A program made the translations under genes and the position numbers. A model generated the notes under the pieces. That model saw only the letters and a list, made by a program, of their open reading frames with translations. It was not told the origin of the DNA and searched no databases. A DNA stretch of 64,000 nt from Chthoniobacter flavus (GTDB lineage Bacteria; Verrucomicrobiota; Verrucomicrobiia; Chthoniobacterales; JACTMZ01), in the NCBI GenBank assembly GCA_945871065.1, contig CAMBUL010000002.1, positions 15,758-79,757 of the forward strand, written 5' to 3'. Positions 47,446 to 57,396 of this stretch are shown one piece after another (position 1 is the first letter of the stretch; each line of letters starts with the position of its first letter).

Positions 47446-49983
47446 ATGTTTCGCGTTCTGTGGGCCCTCATCTTCCTTTCCGGTCTGGCTTGGGCCGAGG
47501 GCGGACGCTATGACGCGGCCGGTGCGGACGAAGTCCGTTACCGCGTCACCAAGACGGCGACCGGCTGGGACATTCTCGTGCTCGGGGCGGGTGTGGATCG
47601 TCCCGACCAGGCGATTTTTGTCGCGCTCGGAACAAAACCCGGTGCGGGTTCCCCGTTGTTACCCGGGGCCCAGGGGAAAACCGGATCGGCTGTCTGGTTA
47701 CCCTTTTCCGCGGACCTCCTGTTGGTCGCCAATCGTCGCAGTGACCGGCAAGACAATTACGTGCGGCGTTGGGAGGGGACCCGATGGGGTCCTCTCCAAG
47801 CGGCCGGGGACGATTTTGCTGTTTCCTCGGAACCGGCGCAGGTGCTTCTCCGTGTGCCCGGAAAATTGACCGGGAGTGGACCGGTCATGGATATCGTCGT
47901 TTACCTCAAAGACCTTGCCGTGCACGAGGGTTGGGGGCGGCTCTACGGGGCGATCGATGCAACGGCGCCCTCGGGAACCGGCGTGCAGACGATCCGTCAC
48001 TACCTCGTGGCCGAGACGGGCAACGCGGGCACGACTTTCCGCCGCGCTGGACGCACCGCACCGGCCGACCCCAAGGTGCGTATTTACCAACTTTTGCCGC
48101 GGCTTTTTGGCAACACGAATGAGACGCGCAAGCCGAATGGCACCGTTGCGGATAATGGCAGTGGTAAGTTCAGCGATCTCGACGAGACGGCGCTGGCGGA
48201 GCTCAAGACGATGGGTTTCACCCACATCTGGGTGACCGGCGTCCTCCAGCAAGCCACCGCGACCGACCATGGAAACATCGGCGAGCCGGCCGATGATCCC
48301 GATCTGCTCAAGGGTGTGGCCGGCAGCCCGTATGCCATCCGTGATTATTTCGATGTTTCACCCGATTACGCCGACCATCCGGAAAAAAGGATGGAAGAGT
48401 TCAAGGCGCTGGTCGAGCGGGCCCATGCCAGTGGATTCAAAATCCTGATCGATTTCGTCCCCAACCACGTAGCCCGCAGCTATGCTTCGACGGTACGGAA
48501 AGAATTATCCTTCGGCGCCAAAGATAACCACGCAAAGTTTTTCGATCCGAAAAACAATTTTTACTATCTCGCGGAGGGAACGGAGGCTGAAGGAGATGGG
48601 CCCCCGCTGCGACTGCCGACGGTGGATGGTGATGGCCGGGCCACCAGTCCGACCGTGCAGGCCGTGGGCGGGGGAGATGGATTTTTCGACGGAGAAAAGG
48701 AGTTCGGCCGGGTCACCGGCAACAATGTGATCAGCTGGAATCCCTCGCCTGACACCTGGTATGAGACGGTAAAACTCAATTATGGCTATGACTTTACTGA
48801 TCCGGAAAAGTCCACTCGGTTGTATCCGCACGGAGCCAAGCCGGATTTGGCGGTGCCCGATACTTGGAAGAAAATGGACGAGATCATCGCCTATTGGCAA
48901 GAGTTGGGGGTCGATGGTTTTCGCGCGGACATGGCGCACATGGTGCCGCCCGAGTTCTGGCGCTGGCTGATCGGGCGCTCACACCTGCGGGAGCCGGGTG
49001 TCTATTGGGTGGCTGAAGCTTATGACACGGATCCGGCCCGCGTGCCGGGAGGGGACCCCGAGGTCATTGCCGTGACGGAAGGCGCGGTCATGCCCGAGTT
49101 GCTCGCGGCGGGGTTTGACGCGGTCTACGACGATGTCAGCTATGATGCGCTGAGAAGAATCTACGAGGGCGGGGGCACGGCCAACGACCTCGATGCTTGC
49201 CGTCCCGGTCCATTCTTCTTCGATAACGCACTCCGCTATGCCGAGAACCACGATGAGGTGCGTCTGGCCGCGGCGTCGCAGTGGGGAGGGTACGGCATGG
49301 ATGTGGGGCGCCCGGTATCCGCCCTGCTTTTTGGTCTCTCGCGCGGTCCGATTATGCTCTACCACGGCCAGGAGGTCGGCGAACCGGGGGCGGGAGCCGA
49401 GGGTTTCGGCCGCGATGACGCTCGCACCACTATTTACGATTATTGGTCGATGCCGGAATTTGTGAAGTGGGTTAATGGAGGGAAGTTTGACGGCGGGGGC
49501 CTGACCTTTCGACAGAAGTCCCTGCGGGATTTTTACCGGCGGCTTCTTTCAGCCATTGATCAACCGGCCTTTCGCGACGGCGATTTTTATCCGCTCAATC
49601 CGGACAACCTCGACAATCCCGCCTACGGCCGTTCCGAAGGGGGGGTGAGCGGCCACTGGCTTTACAGCTACCTCCGCTACGACCAGAACAGCGGCCAGCG
49701 TGTGCTGGTCGTAGTCAACCTGCACCCGCGCCGCTCCTTGCGCGATGTCCGCATCATCTTTCCGCGCCGTGCTATGCGCTTTCTTGGTTGGGACACCCTG
49801 GCGGGCTCCAAGACTGTGCCCGTGGTGGCCCGTGATTTGCTCGGGGACGTCCCGGGCGAGGTGGCCGAGATTGCCACCACCCCGGCTCAAATGGAGGAAC
49901 CGGGCCTATTGATTAAAGAGCTTCAACCCCTGGCTGCAGCCTATTACGAATTGCGTGCCGGTGCCGGGCGGGCCACTCCATGA
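47446..49983 (+). CDS. secreted GH13 alpha-amylase-family enzyme with a large uncharacterised N-terminal region
   Basis: Signal MFRVLWALIFLSGLAWA. GH13 regions ILIDFVPNHVA, GVDGFRADMAHMV, YWVAEAYD, RYAENHDE. Confidence 0.88.
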   Translation: MFRVLWALIFLSGLAWAEGGRYDAAGADEVRYRVTKTATGWDILVLGAGVDRPDQAIFVALGTKPGAGSPLLPGAQGKTGSAVWLPFSADLLLVANRRSDRQDNYVRRWEGTRWGPLQAAGDDFAVSSEPAQVLLRVPGKLTGSGPVMDIVVYLKDLAVHEGWGRLYGAIDATAPSGTGVQTIRHYLVAETGNAGTTFRRAGRTAPADPKVRIYQLLPRLFGNTNETRKPNGTVADNGSGKFSDLDETALAELKTMGFTHIWVTGVLQQATATDHGNIGEPADDPDLLKGVAGSPYAIRDYFDVSPDYADHPEKRMEEFKALVERAHASGFKILIDFVPNHVARSYASTVRKELSFGAKDNHAKFFDPKNNFYYLAEGTEAEGDGPPLRLPTVDGDGRATSPTVQAVGGGDGFFDGEKEFGRVTGNNVISWNPSPDTWYETVKLNYGYDFTDPEKSTRLYPHGAKPDLAVPDTWKKMDEIIAYWQELGVDGFRADMAHMVPPEFWRWLIGRSHLREPGVYWVAEAYDTDPARVPGGDPEVIAVTEGAVMPELLAAGFDAVYDDVSYDALRRIYEGGGTANDLDACRPGPFFFDNALRYAENHDEVRLAAASQWGGYGMDVGRPVSALLFGLSRGPIMLYHGQEVGEPGAGAEGFGRDDARTTIYDYWSMPEFVKWVNGGKFDGGGLTFRQKSLRDFYRRLLSAIDQPAFRDGDFYPLNPDNLDNPAYGRSEGGVSGHWLYSYLRYDQNSGQRVLVVVNLHPRRSLRDVRIIFPRRAMRFLGWDTLAGSKTVPVVARDLLGDVPGEVAEIATTPAQMEEPGLLIKELQPLAAAYYELRAGAGRATP

Positions 49984-50011
49984 GCACCGACGGAATCGGT
50001 CGACTCCTGCC

Positions 50012-52504
50012 ATGAAAACTCAAGCTCCCCTCCCGCTTTTCGCCGCCGTGATCCTCGTTGCCGCCGTATCGGTGGCTTCCGCGCAGGAAAACGTGCCGGG
50101 GCAATTGCGCAGTTTTCTCGGCTGGATGCCGATGCAGCCGGTTACGGCGGGCGGCCAACTCCTGCTCGACATGCATCGCTTTTACTTCGCCAAACCGGGC
50201 GTGGGCGAAGAATTGGTTTTGCCCGAACCGGATGCGGACCGCTTCACCGTGAGCTTCAACAAGGCCACCTCCAAGCTGTCGGTGGAGATCGGAAAAAACG
50301 CGTCCGGGTTGGTCGAAATTCCCCTCCGGGTCGTCGAGCGGGCCCGCACCCCGGGCGGCCATCTTGGCCGCAAGGACACCGCGAAATCGGTCGAGGACGG
50401 TGACGGTGCGGAGCAACCCGTGCTCGAGGGCGTGCTTTTGGTCGGGGTGCAACCGGCCGATGGTTACACCTTTACCTACCGTCCCAACCGGTCGGACGTC
50501 GAAAAAATCAACGTGGCGGGGCAGTTCAACGGCTGGAATCCCGAGTCGCATCCGCTGCAGCGTACCGGTGAGAGAGATTACGAGCTGTTCGTGCGTATGC
50601 CTCCTGGTCCGCATCCTTACAAGCTGGTGATCGACGGCCAGTGGGTGCTCGATCCGGCCAACCCGGAAAAACTCGATGATAGCACGGGCAACGAGAACTC
50701 GGTGGCGAGGGTCGGCGTAACCGACCGAGGGCAGCCACCCGTCGTCTATGCCGCCGACACCGGCGAGGGCCAAGCGGTTTTCCGTATTGTCTCTGGCGGC
50801 TCGGACATCACCCAAGTCTCTTCGGTGGTGCAGATGCCCGACGGAACGAGCCGGATCGCGGCGCACGAACGGTCGGACGACACCGTGACGGTGGCGACCG
50901 GTGATTGGCCGGCGGGAGGGTGGGTGCGCGTGGTGGTGGCCGACGCCAAAGGCAACGTAAGCAATGCCGCGCGAGTCCCGGTCAAAGTATCCGACACGTT
51001 CCAGTGGCAGGACGGCATCATCTACTACGCCTTCACCGACCGCTTCGCCAATGGTGACGCGAGCAACGACCGGCCGGTTGACGATGAGCGAGTCCTGCCC
51101 CCAGCCAACTACCAAGGCGGAGACTTTCAAGGCATCCGCCAAAAGATCGACGAAGGTTACTTTGATAAACTCGGGATTAATATCCTCTGGCTCGCACCCC
51201 TCAACCGCAATCCCGACGGCGCTTGGCAGGAATATCTGGAGCCGTACCGTTTCTACACGGGTTACCACGGCTACTGGCCCGTCTCGCATACCGAGGTCGA
51301 GCCGCGTTTCGGCGGTGATGGCGCCCTGACCGAAATGATATCCGTGGCGCACGGCAATGGCATGTTCATCATCGCCGACCTCGTGCTCAAGCATGTCCAC
51401 CTCGACCATCCGCTTTGGAAGGAACAGCCCGGGCTGTTTGGTTCGCTGGAATTGCCGGACGGATCGAAAAACTTGCGCCTTTGGGACGACCAGCAATTCA
51501 CCACATGGTTCGAGGAGTGGTTGCCCGGCTTCGATTTCGACAATCCGCAAGCGGTAAAATTCCTGATCAGCAACGCCATCGATTTCGCCGTCCGCTTCAA
51601 GCTCGACGGCTACCGTCTCGACGCGGTGAAGCATATCAAACGCTCTTTCTGGTGGCGCTACCGCACCGCCCTGCGCAGTGCGGTCGATCCCACCCGGAAA
51701 ATTCCGCTCTACAATGTCGGCGAAACTTTCATGGATCGCGAGGGGATCATGAGTTTTGTCGGACCCAACATGCTGGACGGGCAGTTTGATTTCCCGCTTT
51801 ACGACACGATCATAGAGGTCTTCGCCCAGCAGCGTTCGGGGATGGACGATTTGGAGCGGTCGTTGTCCAAGTCCGAGTCCATCTACGGCAAGGAGACGCT
51901 GATGTCTCCGTTGCTCGGCAACCACGACAAGGCCCGCTTCATGGCCTATGCCGACGGCGACCTGCCCGATCCGGAAATCAGCGACGAGGAAGAGGTCGGT
52001 TGGACCAAGCCCCCCCGGGTCGACAATGCGGCAGCTTACGAGAAGCTCAAACTCGGCTTGACGTTCGTCTTGTCCATCGACGGAGTGCCGATGATTTACT
52101 ACGGAGACGAGATCGGTATGACCGGCGCGGGGGATCCGGACAATCGTCGGATGATGCCGTGGGACAGCACCTTGACCGCGGAGGAGAATTCGGTGCGCGA
52201 GCACCTTGGCAAGGTGGCAGCGGTGCGACGCACGCATCCTGCCTTGCGTTACGGAAGCCGCCGGCCGCTGGTCGCTGAGGGTGACCGCTATGCCTTCGTG
52301 CGCGCGCACCTCGGAGACACGGTGCTGGCCGTGTGGAACCGCGGGGACACGCTCACGGAGTTCGTTCTTGCGCCGGGCCCGGAAATGCCGGACGGCATGT
52401 ACCAAGATGCGCTCTCGGGGCAGGTCATTGAAGTGAAAGACGGCCGGGCAGCTTTCCGGCTCGAGCCCATGAAATCGGCCTTGTTTATCGCCAAGGATGC
52501 CTGA
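50012..52504 (+). CDS. secreted GH13 alpha-amylase-family enzyme with CBM48/E-set-like module
   Basis: Signal MKTQAPLPLFAAVILVAAVSVASA. NVAGQFNGWNP...YKLVIDGQWVLDP. GH13 regions IIADLVLKHV, LDGYRLDAVKHI, NVGETF, LLGNHDKARF. Confidence 0.9.
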   Translation: MKTQAPLPLFAAVILVAAVSVASAQENVPGQLRSFLGWMPMQPVTAGGQLLLDMHRFYFAKPGVGEELVLPEPDADRFTVSFNKATSKLSVEIGKNASGLVEIPLRVVERARTPGGHLGRKDTAKSVEDGDGAEQPVLEGVLLVGVQPADGYTFTYRPNRSDVEKINVAGQFNGWNPESHPLQRTGERDYELFVRMPPGPHPYKLVIDGQWVLDPANPEKLDDSTGNENSVARVGVTDRGQPPVVYAADTGEGQAVFRIVSGGSDITQVSSVVQMPDGTSRIAAHERSDDTVTVATGDWPAGGWVRVVVADAKGNVSNAARVPVKVSDTFQWQDGIIYYAFTDRFANGDASNDRPVDDERVLPPANYQGGDFQGIRQKIDEGYFDKLGINILWLAPLNRNPDGAWQEYLEPYRFYTGYHGYWPVSHTEVEPRFGGDGALTEMISVAHGNGMFIIADLVLKHVHLDHPLWKEQPGLFGSLELPDGSKNLRLWDDQQFTTWFEEWLPGFDFDNPQAVKFLISNAIDFAVRFKLDGYRLDAVKHIKRSFWWRYRTALRSAVDPTRKIPLYNVGETFMDREGIMSFVGPNMLDGQFDFPLYDTIIEVFAQQRSGMDDLERSLSKSESIYGKETLMSPLLGNHDKARFMAYADGDLPDPEISDEEEVGWTKPPRVDNAAAYEKLKLGLTFVLSIDGVPMIYYGDEIGMTGAGDPDNRRMMPWDSTLTAEENSVREHLGKVAAVRRTHPALRYGSRRPLVAEGDRYAFVRAHLGDTVLAVWNRGDTLTEFVLAPGPEMPDGMYQDALSGQVIEVKDGRAAFRLEPMKSALFIAKDA

Positions 52505-52548
52505 TTCCTGACCCGGACTGGCTCAGCGGGAAAGCCCGGCCGGTAGCG

Positions 52549-52902
52549 TCAGCCCGGTAGGTGCTTCCAGACGAAGATAAAAAGACCGGCGAGAAGCAGG
52601 CAGAGGAGCAGGAATTTGATCTGGGCCAGACGCGCGTCTGTTTTACGGCGGCGGGTATTGCGCTGCGGCGCCCGCGCTGTGCCGCCCCGGAAGGTGTGCT
52701 CCTGCGGACGGGGCAGGCTGATTGCGGCGGCCACGTTGTTGAGGCGCACCTTGCGCTCGGGGGCGGGCTTGACCGGAGGCGCCGTCTTTGGCTTCCGGCG
52801 CAGGGCTTTTTCGGCATCAGCCAACTCACGCAGGGTCCGGTCGTATTGCTCCTGCACCAGCTGGGCTTGCTCGGATAAGGGGTTCGAGGGACGGCGCGCC
52901 AT
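52549..52902 (-). CDS. hypothetical tail-anchored membrane protein (basic, helical N-region)
   Basis: 117 aa, MARRPSNPLSEQAQLVQEQYDRTLRELADAEKAL, with a C-terminal TM FLLLCLLLAGLFIFVW. Lies 7 nt after the upstream gene. Confidence 0.6.
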   Translation of the reverse strand: MARRPSNPLSEQAQLVQEQYDRTLRELADAEKALRRKPKTAPPVKPAPERKVRLNNVAAAISLPRPQEHTFRGGTARAPQRNTRRRKTDARLAQIKFLLLCLLLAGLFIFVWKHLPG

Positions 52903-52909
52903 GGGTGCG

Positions 52910-53527
52910 TCAGTTGGCCGATCCGAGTTGGATGAACCAAAGGAACAAGCCGAGCAACCCGAGGGCAAACAGCGGCAAGGTGAAGGCGAAGCCGGCCATC
53001 AACCAGTAGCTGAAACTGTACCTGCCGCCATCGCCGCCTTCGAACGGGCTGGCGGAGGAGGTGCCTTCATCCGCACCGACCTGGGCCTGCGCTTTGGTGT
53101 AAACCGAGCGCGCGTCCTCGACAGCACCGAGGGCTTGGGAAAGTTCTTTGTTCAGCTCGGCCGCCGCCCAGTCCTTCGGGTTGATCGCCTCCAACTCGTG
53201 CAGGTAAGTGGTGAAACTTTCCTGCACATTTTTCAGAATCTCGAGGCGTTTGAGCGTATGGTCCGTCTCCCGTTGGACGTGCACGAGGGAGGAAGTGAAT
53301 TTGTCGACCATTTCCGAGCGTCCCTGGTCGAATTGATCCTGACGCCGGCTGAGTTCCTCGAGCTTTGCCTTCTCGCGCTCGAGTTGTTCGGCCTGTCGTT
53401 TGAGGGCTTGGAGGCGGTCCTGCGCCTGCGCTACTTGGTCATCCAATTGTTCGACCGATGAGGCGGAAGCTGGTCTGTCTTCATCGAGGTCGAGGAAATC
53501 GTTGCGGGTTGATTGGTGTTCGGCCAT
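52910..53527 (-). CDS. hypothetical coiled-coil protein with a C-terminal membrane anchor
   Basis: 205 aa. Heptad-like LDDQVAQAQDRLQALKRQAEQLEREKAKLEELSRRQ. C-terminal hydrophobic YWLMAGFAFTLPLFALGLLGLFLWFI. Confidence 0.65.
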   Translation of the reverse strand: MAEHQSTRNDFLDLDEDRPASASSVEQLDDQVAQAQDRLQALKRQAEQLEREKAKLEELSRRQDQFDQGRSEMVDKFTSSLVHVQRETDHTLKRLEILKNVQESFTTYLHELEAINPKDWAAAELNKELSQALGAVEDARSVYTKAQAQVGADEGTSSASPFEGGDGGRYSFSYWLMAGFAFTLPLFALGLLGLFLWFIQLGSAN

Positions 53528-53586
53528 AAATCGGTCTCCGACCGGAAGGTAGATTTTTCGCGCCCGCGGTGGCGAGAAAAAATTGG

Positions 53587-54756
53587 TCAGCGACCCGGAG
53601 CCATTTCGAGGAGATGGCCTTTAAGGTAGGAGGATTCGGGAAGGCCGAGGACGACTGGGTGGTCTGCGCGTTGGGCGTAAGTGGCGCGGAGCCGGGCGGT
53701 TTTCTTCGCGTCGATCATGGCATCGCGGATGACATCCAGGAAGACGGTGTCGCTGACGTGGTGGGAACAGCAGAAGGTGGCGAGGAGGCCGCCGTTGTCG
53801 AGAAGTTGGGCCGCGCGCAGGTGGATTTCCTTGTAGCCGCGGAGGGCGTCGTTCAGGCGGGCGCGGTCGCGGGTGAAACTCGGCGGGTCGAGGATGATGA
53901 GGTCGTAGCGGTCGCCGCGGGCTACGGCGGCTTTGAGCCAATCGAAAACGTTTGTTTCTAAAACATTGAGGCGCACGTGGTTGCGATTCCCGTTGGCTTC
54001 AATGGCGGCGCAGGCCTGGCCGGAGATGTCGAGGGCGGTGACCTCGCTTGCGCCGCCCAGAGCGCAGGCGAGGGCGAAACCGCCCTGATTGCTGAAGCAG
54101 TCGAGAACGCGTTTGCCCCGGGCCTGCTGGGCAACGAGGGCATAGTTGGCGCCTTGGTCCAGGTAGAGGCCGGTTTTCTGTCCCCCGGGGAGGTCGATAC
54201 CGAAATTCACGCCGCCGAGGGTGACTTCGAAGGGTGCAGGTGCCTGGCCACGGAGGATTCCGACGTGCGGTTCCAGGCCCTCGGCCTGGCGGACGGGAGC
54301 GTCATTGCGTTCGATAAGGCAGACCGGCTGGAGAATTTCTTCGATCGCGTCGGCGATGAGTTCTTTGCGCTGGTCCATGGCGAGGGTCAGCGTTTGCAGG
54401 ACCGCGCAGTCGCCATAGCGGTCGAGAACAAGGCCGGGCAGTCCGTCGCTTTCGCTCCAGACCTCGCGGCGGGCACGCGGGTCGAGTCCGAGCTTGTCGC
54501 GGTATTCCGAGGCCATGGTGATGCGGCGGCGGAAGAAGTCGGGATCGAGGTCTTGACGCTGGCGCGAAAAGCGGCGGGCAGGGATTTTCGAGCGGCTGTT
54601 GTAAATGGCGCTGCCGAGAAAGCGGTCGCGTTGGTCTTTGAGGCCGACAACCGCGCCGTCTTCGGGTTTGCCGGTGACCTTGAGGACTTCGTTGTCGTGG
54701 ACCCAATCGTGCCCGTGGAAGACGCGTGCGCGGGGGCGGACAATGATCGTTGCCAT
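53587..54756 (-). CDS. rlmI: RlmI/YccW-like SAM-dependent rRNA (cytosine-C5) methyltransferase with PUA-like N-domain
   Basis: LDCFSNQGGFALACA and IILDPPSF. ATG 54756 (MATIIVRP). Confidence 0.8.
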   Translation of the reverse strand: MATIIVRPRARVFHGHDWVHDNEVLKVTGKPEDGAVVGLKDQRDRFLGSAIYNSRSKIPARRFSRQRQDLDPDFFRRRITMASEYRDKLGLDPRARREVWSESDGLPGLVLDRYGDCAVLQTLTLAMDQRKELIADAIEEILQPVCLIERNDAPVRQAEGLEPHVGILRGQAPAPFEVTLGGVNFGIDLPGGQKTGLYLDQGANYALVAQQARGKRVLDCFSNQGGFALACALGGASEVTALDISGQACAAIEANGNRNHVRLNVLETNVFDWLKAAVARGDRYDLIILDPPSFTRDRARLNDALRGYKEIHLRAAQLLDNGGLLATFCCSHHVSDTVFLDVIRDAMIDAKKTARLRATYAQRADHPVVLGLPESSYLKGHLLEMAPGR

Positions 54757-54820
54757 GGGGTTAGGATGGGAGCCACGCTGCCCGCCATTCACGTCTGGTC
54801 GTCACGGGTAGGGTGCCCAT

Positions 54821-56107
54821 TCAGTAGTCGAGGATGGCCTCGGGACTGACGAGGGTGGCAGCGTGGCCGGGTTTTTCAGGGTATTCAAAAATGCGACCCT
54901 CGTAGTTGCGCAGGACAACTTTTTCTTTGTCGTGGTAGACAACGTAGCCGGGGCTGACCGGCACTTTTCCGCCACCGCCGGGGGCGTCGATGACATACTG
55001 AGGTACGGCGTAGCCGGTGGTGTGCCCGCGCAGGGATTCGATGATTTCCAGGCCTTTGGACACGCTAGTGCGCAGGTGGGCGGAGCCGTGGATGAGGTCG
55101 CACTGATAGAGATAGTAGGGGCGCACGCGACAGCGGAGGAGCTTGTGGATGAGGGCGCGCATGGTGTCCGGGTTGTCGTTGACCCCGGCGAGAAGGACGC
55201 TTTGGTTACCGAGCGGGATACCTGCGTCGGCGAGGCGTCCGAGTGCGTCGCGCACTTCGGTGGTGAGTTCGCGCGGGTGGTTCACGTGCACGCTCATCCA
55301 GAGGGGATGGAATTCTTTGAGCATGGCGCAGAGTTCGGGGGTGATGCGCTGGGGGAGGAAAATGGGAACGCGGGAGCCGATGCGGAGGAACTCGATGTGC
55401 GGGATGGCGCGGAGGCGGGTGAGGATGGCGCGAAGTTTGGCATCGGAGAGGAGGAGGGCGTCGCCGCCGGAGAGAAGGACGTCGCGGACTTCGGTGTGCT
55501 GGCCGAGGTAGGCGTAGATTTCCTCGAAATCGGTCTCGAGCTCCTGTTCGCCGACCCCGCTGACCATGCGGCTGCGCGTGCAGTAGCGGCAGTAACTGGC
55601 GCAGCGGTCGGTGACGAGGAAGAGGACGCGGTCGGGGTAACGGTGGACCAGACCGGGAACCGGCATATGACCGTCCTCACCGCAAGGGTCGGCCATTTCG
55701 CCGGGGGTGATGACCGCTTCGCCGGCCAGCGGGATGACTTGGCGGCGGATCGGGCAGTCGGGGTTGTCCGGCTCAATGAGATTGAAATAGTGCGGGGTGA
55801 CGCCGAAGGCGAGTTTGTGGGCGGTGAGGAGGAGTCCTTCGCGTTCGGTGGGGGTCAGACGGAGGTGTTTTTCGGCCTGGGCGAGGGTGCTGACGCGTTG
55901 ACGTAGTTGCCAGCGCCAGTCGCTCCATTCGGCTTCGGTCGCATCGGGCCAGTAACCGGGAGCGTGGGAGCGGAAGTCGCGCAGGGTGGCGGAGCGAATC
56001 GATTTGTCTCCAGAGTCGGCAACGCTACCGAGGGGAGCGGATTGGGTAGTCACCAGCGGGATGCCCGTGGCGCCGTGCGGGGTCGAGGAGATGGAGGTGT
56101 CAGTCAT
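54821..56107 (-). CDS. kamA: lysine 2,3-aminomutase family radical-SAM enzyme
   Basis: DRCASYCRYCTRSR (CxxxCxxC), LLSGGDALL, and a KamA-like N-terminal region (WQLRQRV). 428 aa. Confidence 0.85.
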   Translation of the reverse strand: MTDTSISSTPHGATGIPLVTTQSAPLGSVADSGDKSIRSATLRDFRSHAPGYWPDATEAEWSDWRWQLRQRVSTLAQAEKHLRLTPTEREGLLLTAHKLAFGVTPHYFNLIEPDNPDCPIRRQVIPLAGEAVITPGEMADPCGEDGHMPVPGLVHRYPDRVLFLVTDRCASYCRYCTRSRMVSGVGEQELETDFEEIYAYLGQHTEVRDVLLSGGDALLLSDAKLRAILTRLRAIPHIEFLRIGSRVPIFLPQRITPELCAMLKEFHPLWMSVHVNHPRELTTEVRDALGRLADAGIPLGNQSVLLAGVNDNPDTMRALIHKLLRCRVRPYYLYQCDLIHGSAHLRTSVSKGLEIIESLRGHTTGYAVPQYVIDAPGGGGKVPVSPGYVVYHDKEKVVLRNYEGRIFEYPEKPGHAATLVSPEAILDY

Positions 56108-56136
56108 GGGGAGAACGGTGGCATATTTCTGACTGC

Positions 56137-57396
56137 TCAGGCTTTGACCCGTTCAATATGCGCTCCTATGTCGTTGAGTTTGTCGTCGATGTGCTCGTAG
56201 CCGCGATCGATGTGGTAGACACGATTGACCTCGGTGATCCCGTCGGCCTGCAGGCCGGCAAGGAGCAGTGCGGCGGAGGCGCGGAGGTCACTGGCCATGA
56301 CGGGAGCACCGCTCAATGTGCCGTTGCCGGTGATGAAGGCAGTCGGTGCTTCGAGGCGGATTTGCGCGCCCATGCGGGCGAGTTCTGCCACGTGCATGAA
56401 ACGCTGCGGGAAAATATGGTCGGTGATGACGCTCTCGCCCGGAGCGCGGACGAGCAGGGCACACATCTGGGCCTGCATGTCGGTGGGAAATCCGGGATAA
56501 GGACTGGTCTCCAAATGGAGCGGACGGAGCCCGCCGTTCGGCGAAACAGTGATGCTGCGCTCACCGGTTTCGATGGTGAATCCCGCGGCGCGCAGGGGTT
56601 CGACGACAGACTCGAGGTGGTCGGGGCGCACGTGGTTCACCGTGACCTTTCCTCCGGTGATAGCGCCAGCGACAAGCATGGTGCCGGCTTCGATGCGGTC
56701 GGGGATTACCGTGTAGTCGGCGCCGCTGAGTTCTTTGACCCCTTCGATGGTGATCTGGCTCGTGCCGGCCCCCGTGATCTTGGCGCCGAGTGCGTTGAGA
56801 AAGTTAGCCAGATCGACTACTTCCGGCTCTTCGGCGGCATTCTCGATGATGGTGGTTCCCTCGGCCAAAACGGCAGCCATCATGATATTGTCTGTCCCGA
56901 GTACGGTGGTTCCGTATTTGCCGCTCATGTTCACCTTGGCACCCGAGAGGCGCGGGGCGAGAACCTTGACATTGCCGCCGGTGACGCGCACCGCGGCGCC
57001 AAGGGCTTCAAAGCCGCGCAGGTGAAGATCGATCGGGCGGTCGCCGATCACGCAACCGCCGGGGAGGGAGACACAGGCTTCGTGTTCGCGCCCGAGGAGC
57101 GGACCGAGCACGCAAACCGAAGCGCGCATTTTGCGAACGAGTTCATAAGGCGCTTCGGTGCGGATTTTTTCTGCCTTGATGATAACCGTGCCGCTGGCGC
57201 GTTCCACTTCGCAGCCGAGCGAGCTAAGGATGGTCAGCATGTAGTGGATGTCGCTGAGGTCGGGGACGCCACGGATGACGCAGCGCTCGCGCGTGAGGAG
57301 GGCGGCAGCGAGGATGGGGAGGGCGGAATTCTTCGATCCGCTGATGCGCACCGTGCCGTTCAGCTTTCGACCGCCGTGAACGAGAATTTTATCCAT
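56137..57396 (-). CDS. murA: UDP-N-acetylglucosamine 1-carboxyvinyltransferase
   Basis: ISGSKNSALPIL and LPGGCVIGDRPIDLHL (active-site Cys loop). ATG 57396 overlaps the prmC 3' end by 8 nt. Confidence 0.93.
   Translation of the reverse strand: MDKILVHGGRKLNGTVRISGSKNSALPILAAALLTRERCVIRGVPDLSDIHYMLTILSSLGCEVERASGTVIIKAEKIRTEAPYELVRKMRASVCVLGPLLGREHEACVSLPGGCVIGDRPIDLHLRGFEALGAAVRVTGGNVKVLAPRLSGAKVNMSGKYGTTVLGTDNIMMAAVLAEGTTIIENAAEEPEVVDLANFLNALGAKITGAGTSQITIEGVKELSGADYTVIPDRIEAGTMLVAGAITGGKVTVNHVRPDHLESVVEPLRAAGFTIETGERSITVSPNGGLRPLHLETSPYPGFPTDMQAQMCALLVRAPGESVITDHIFPQRFMHVAELARMGAQIRLEAPTAFITGNGTLSGAPVMASDLRASAALLLAGLQADGITEVNRVYHIDRGYEHIDDKLNDIGAHIERVKA

Noticed and set aside
49913-52405. 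830-aa ORF antisense to the second GH13 gene
   Set aside because: No recognisable domains and biased composition. The plus strand has all four GH13 conserved regions.
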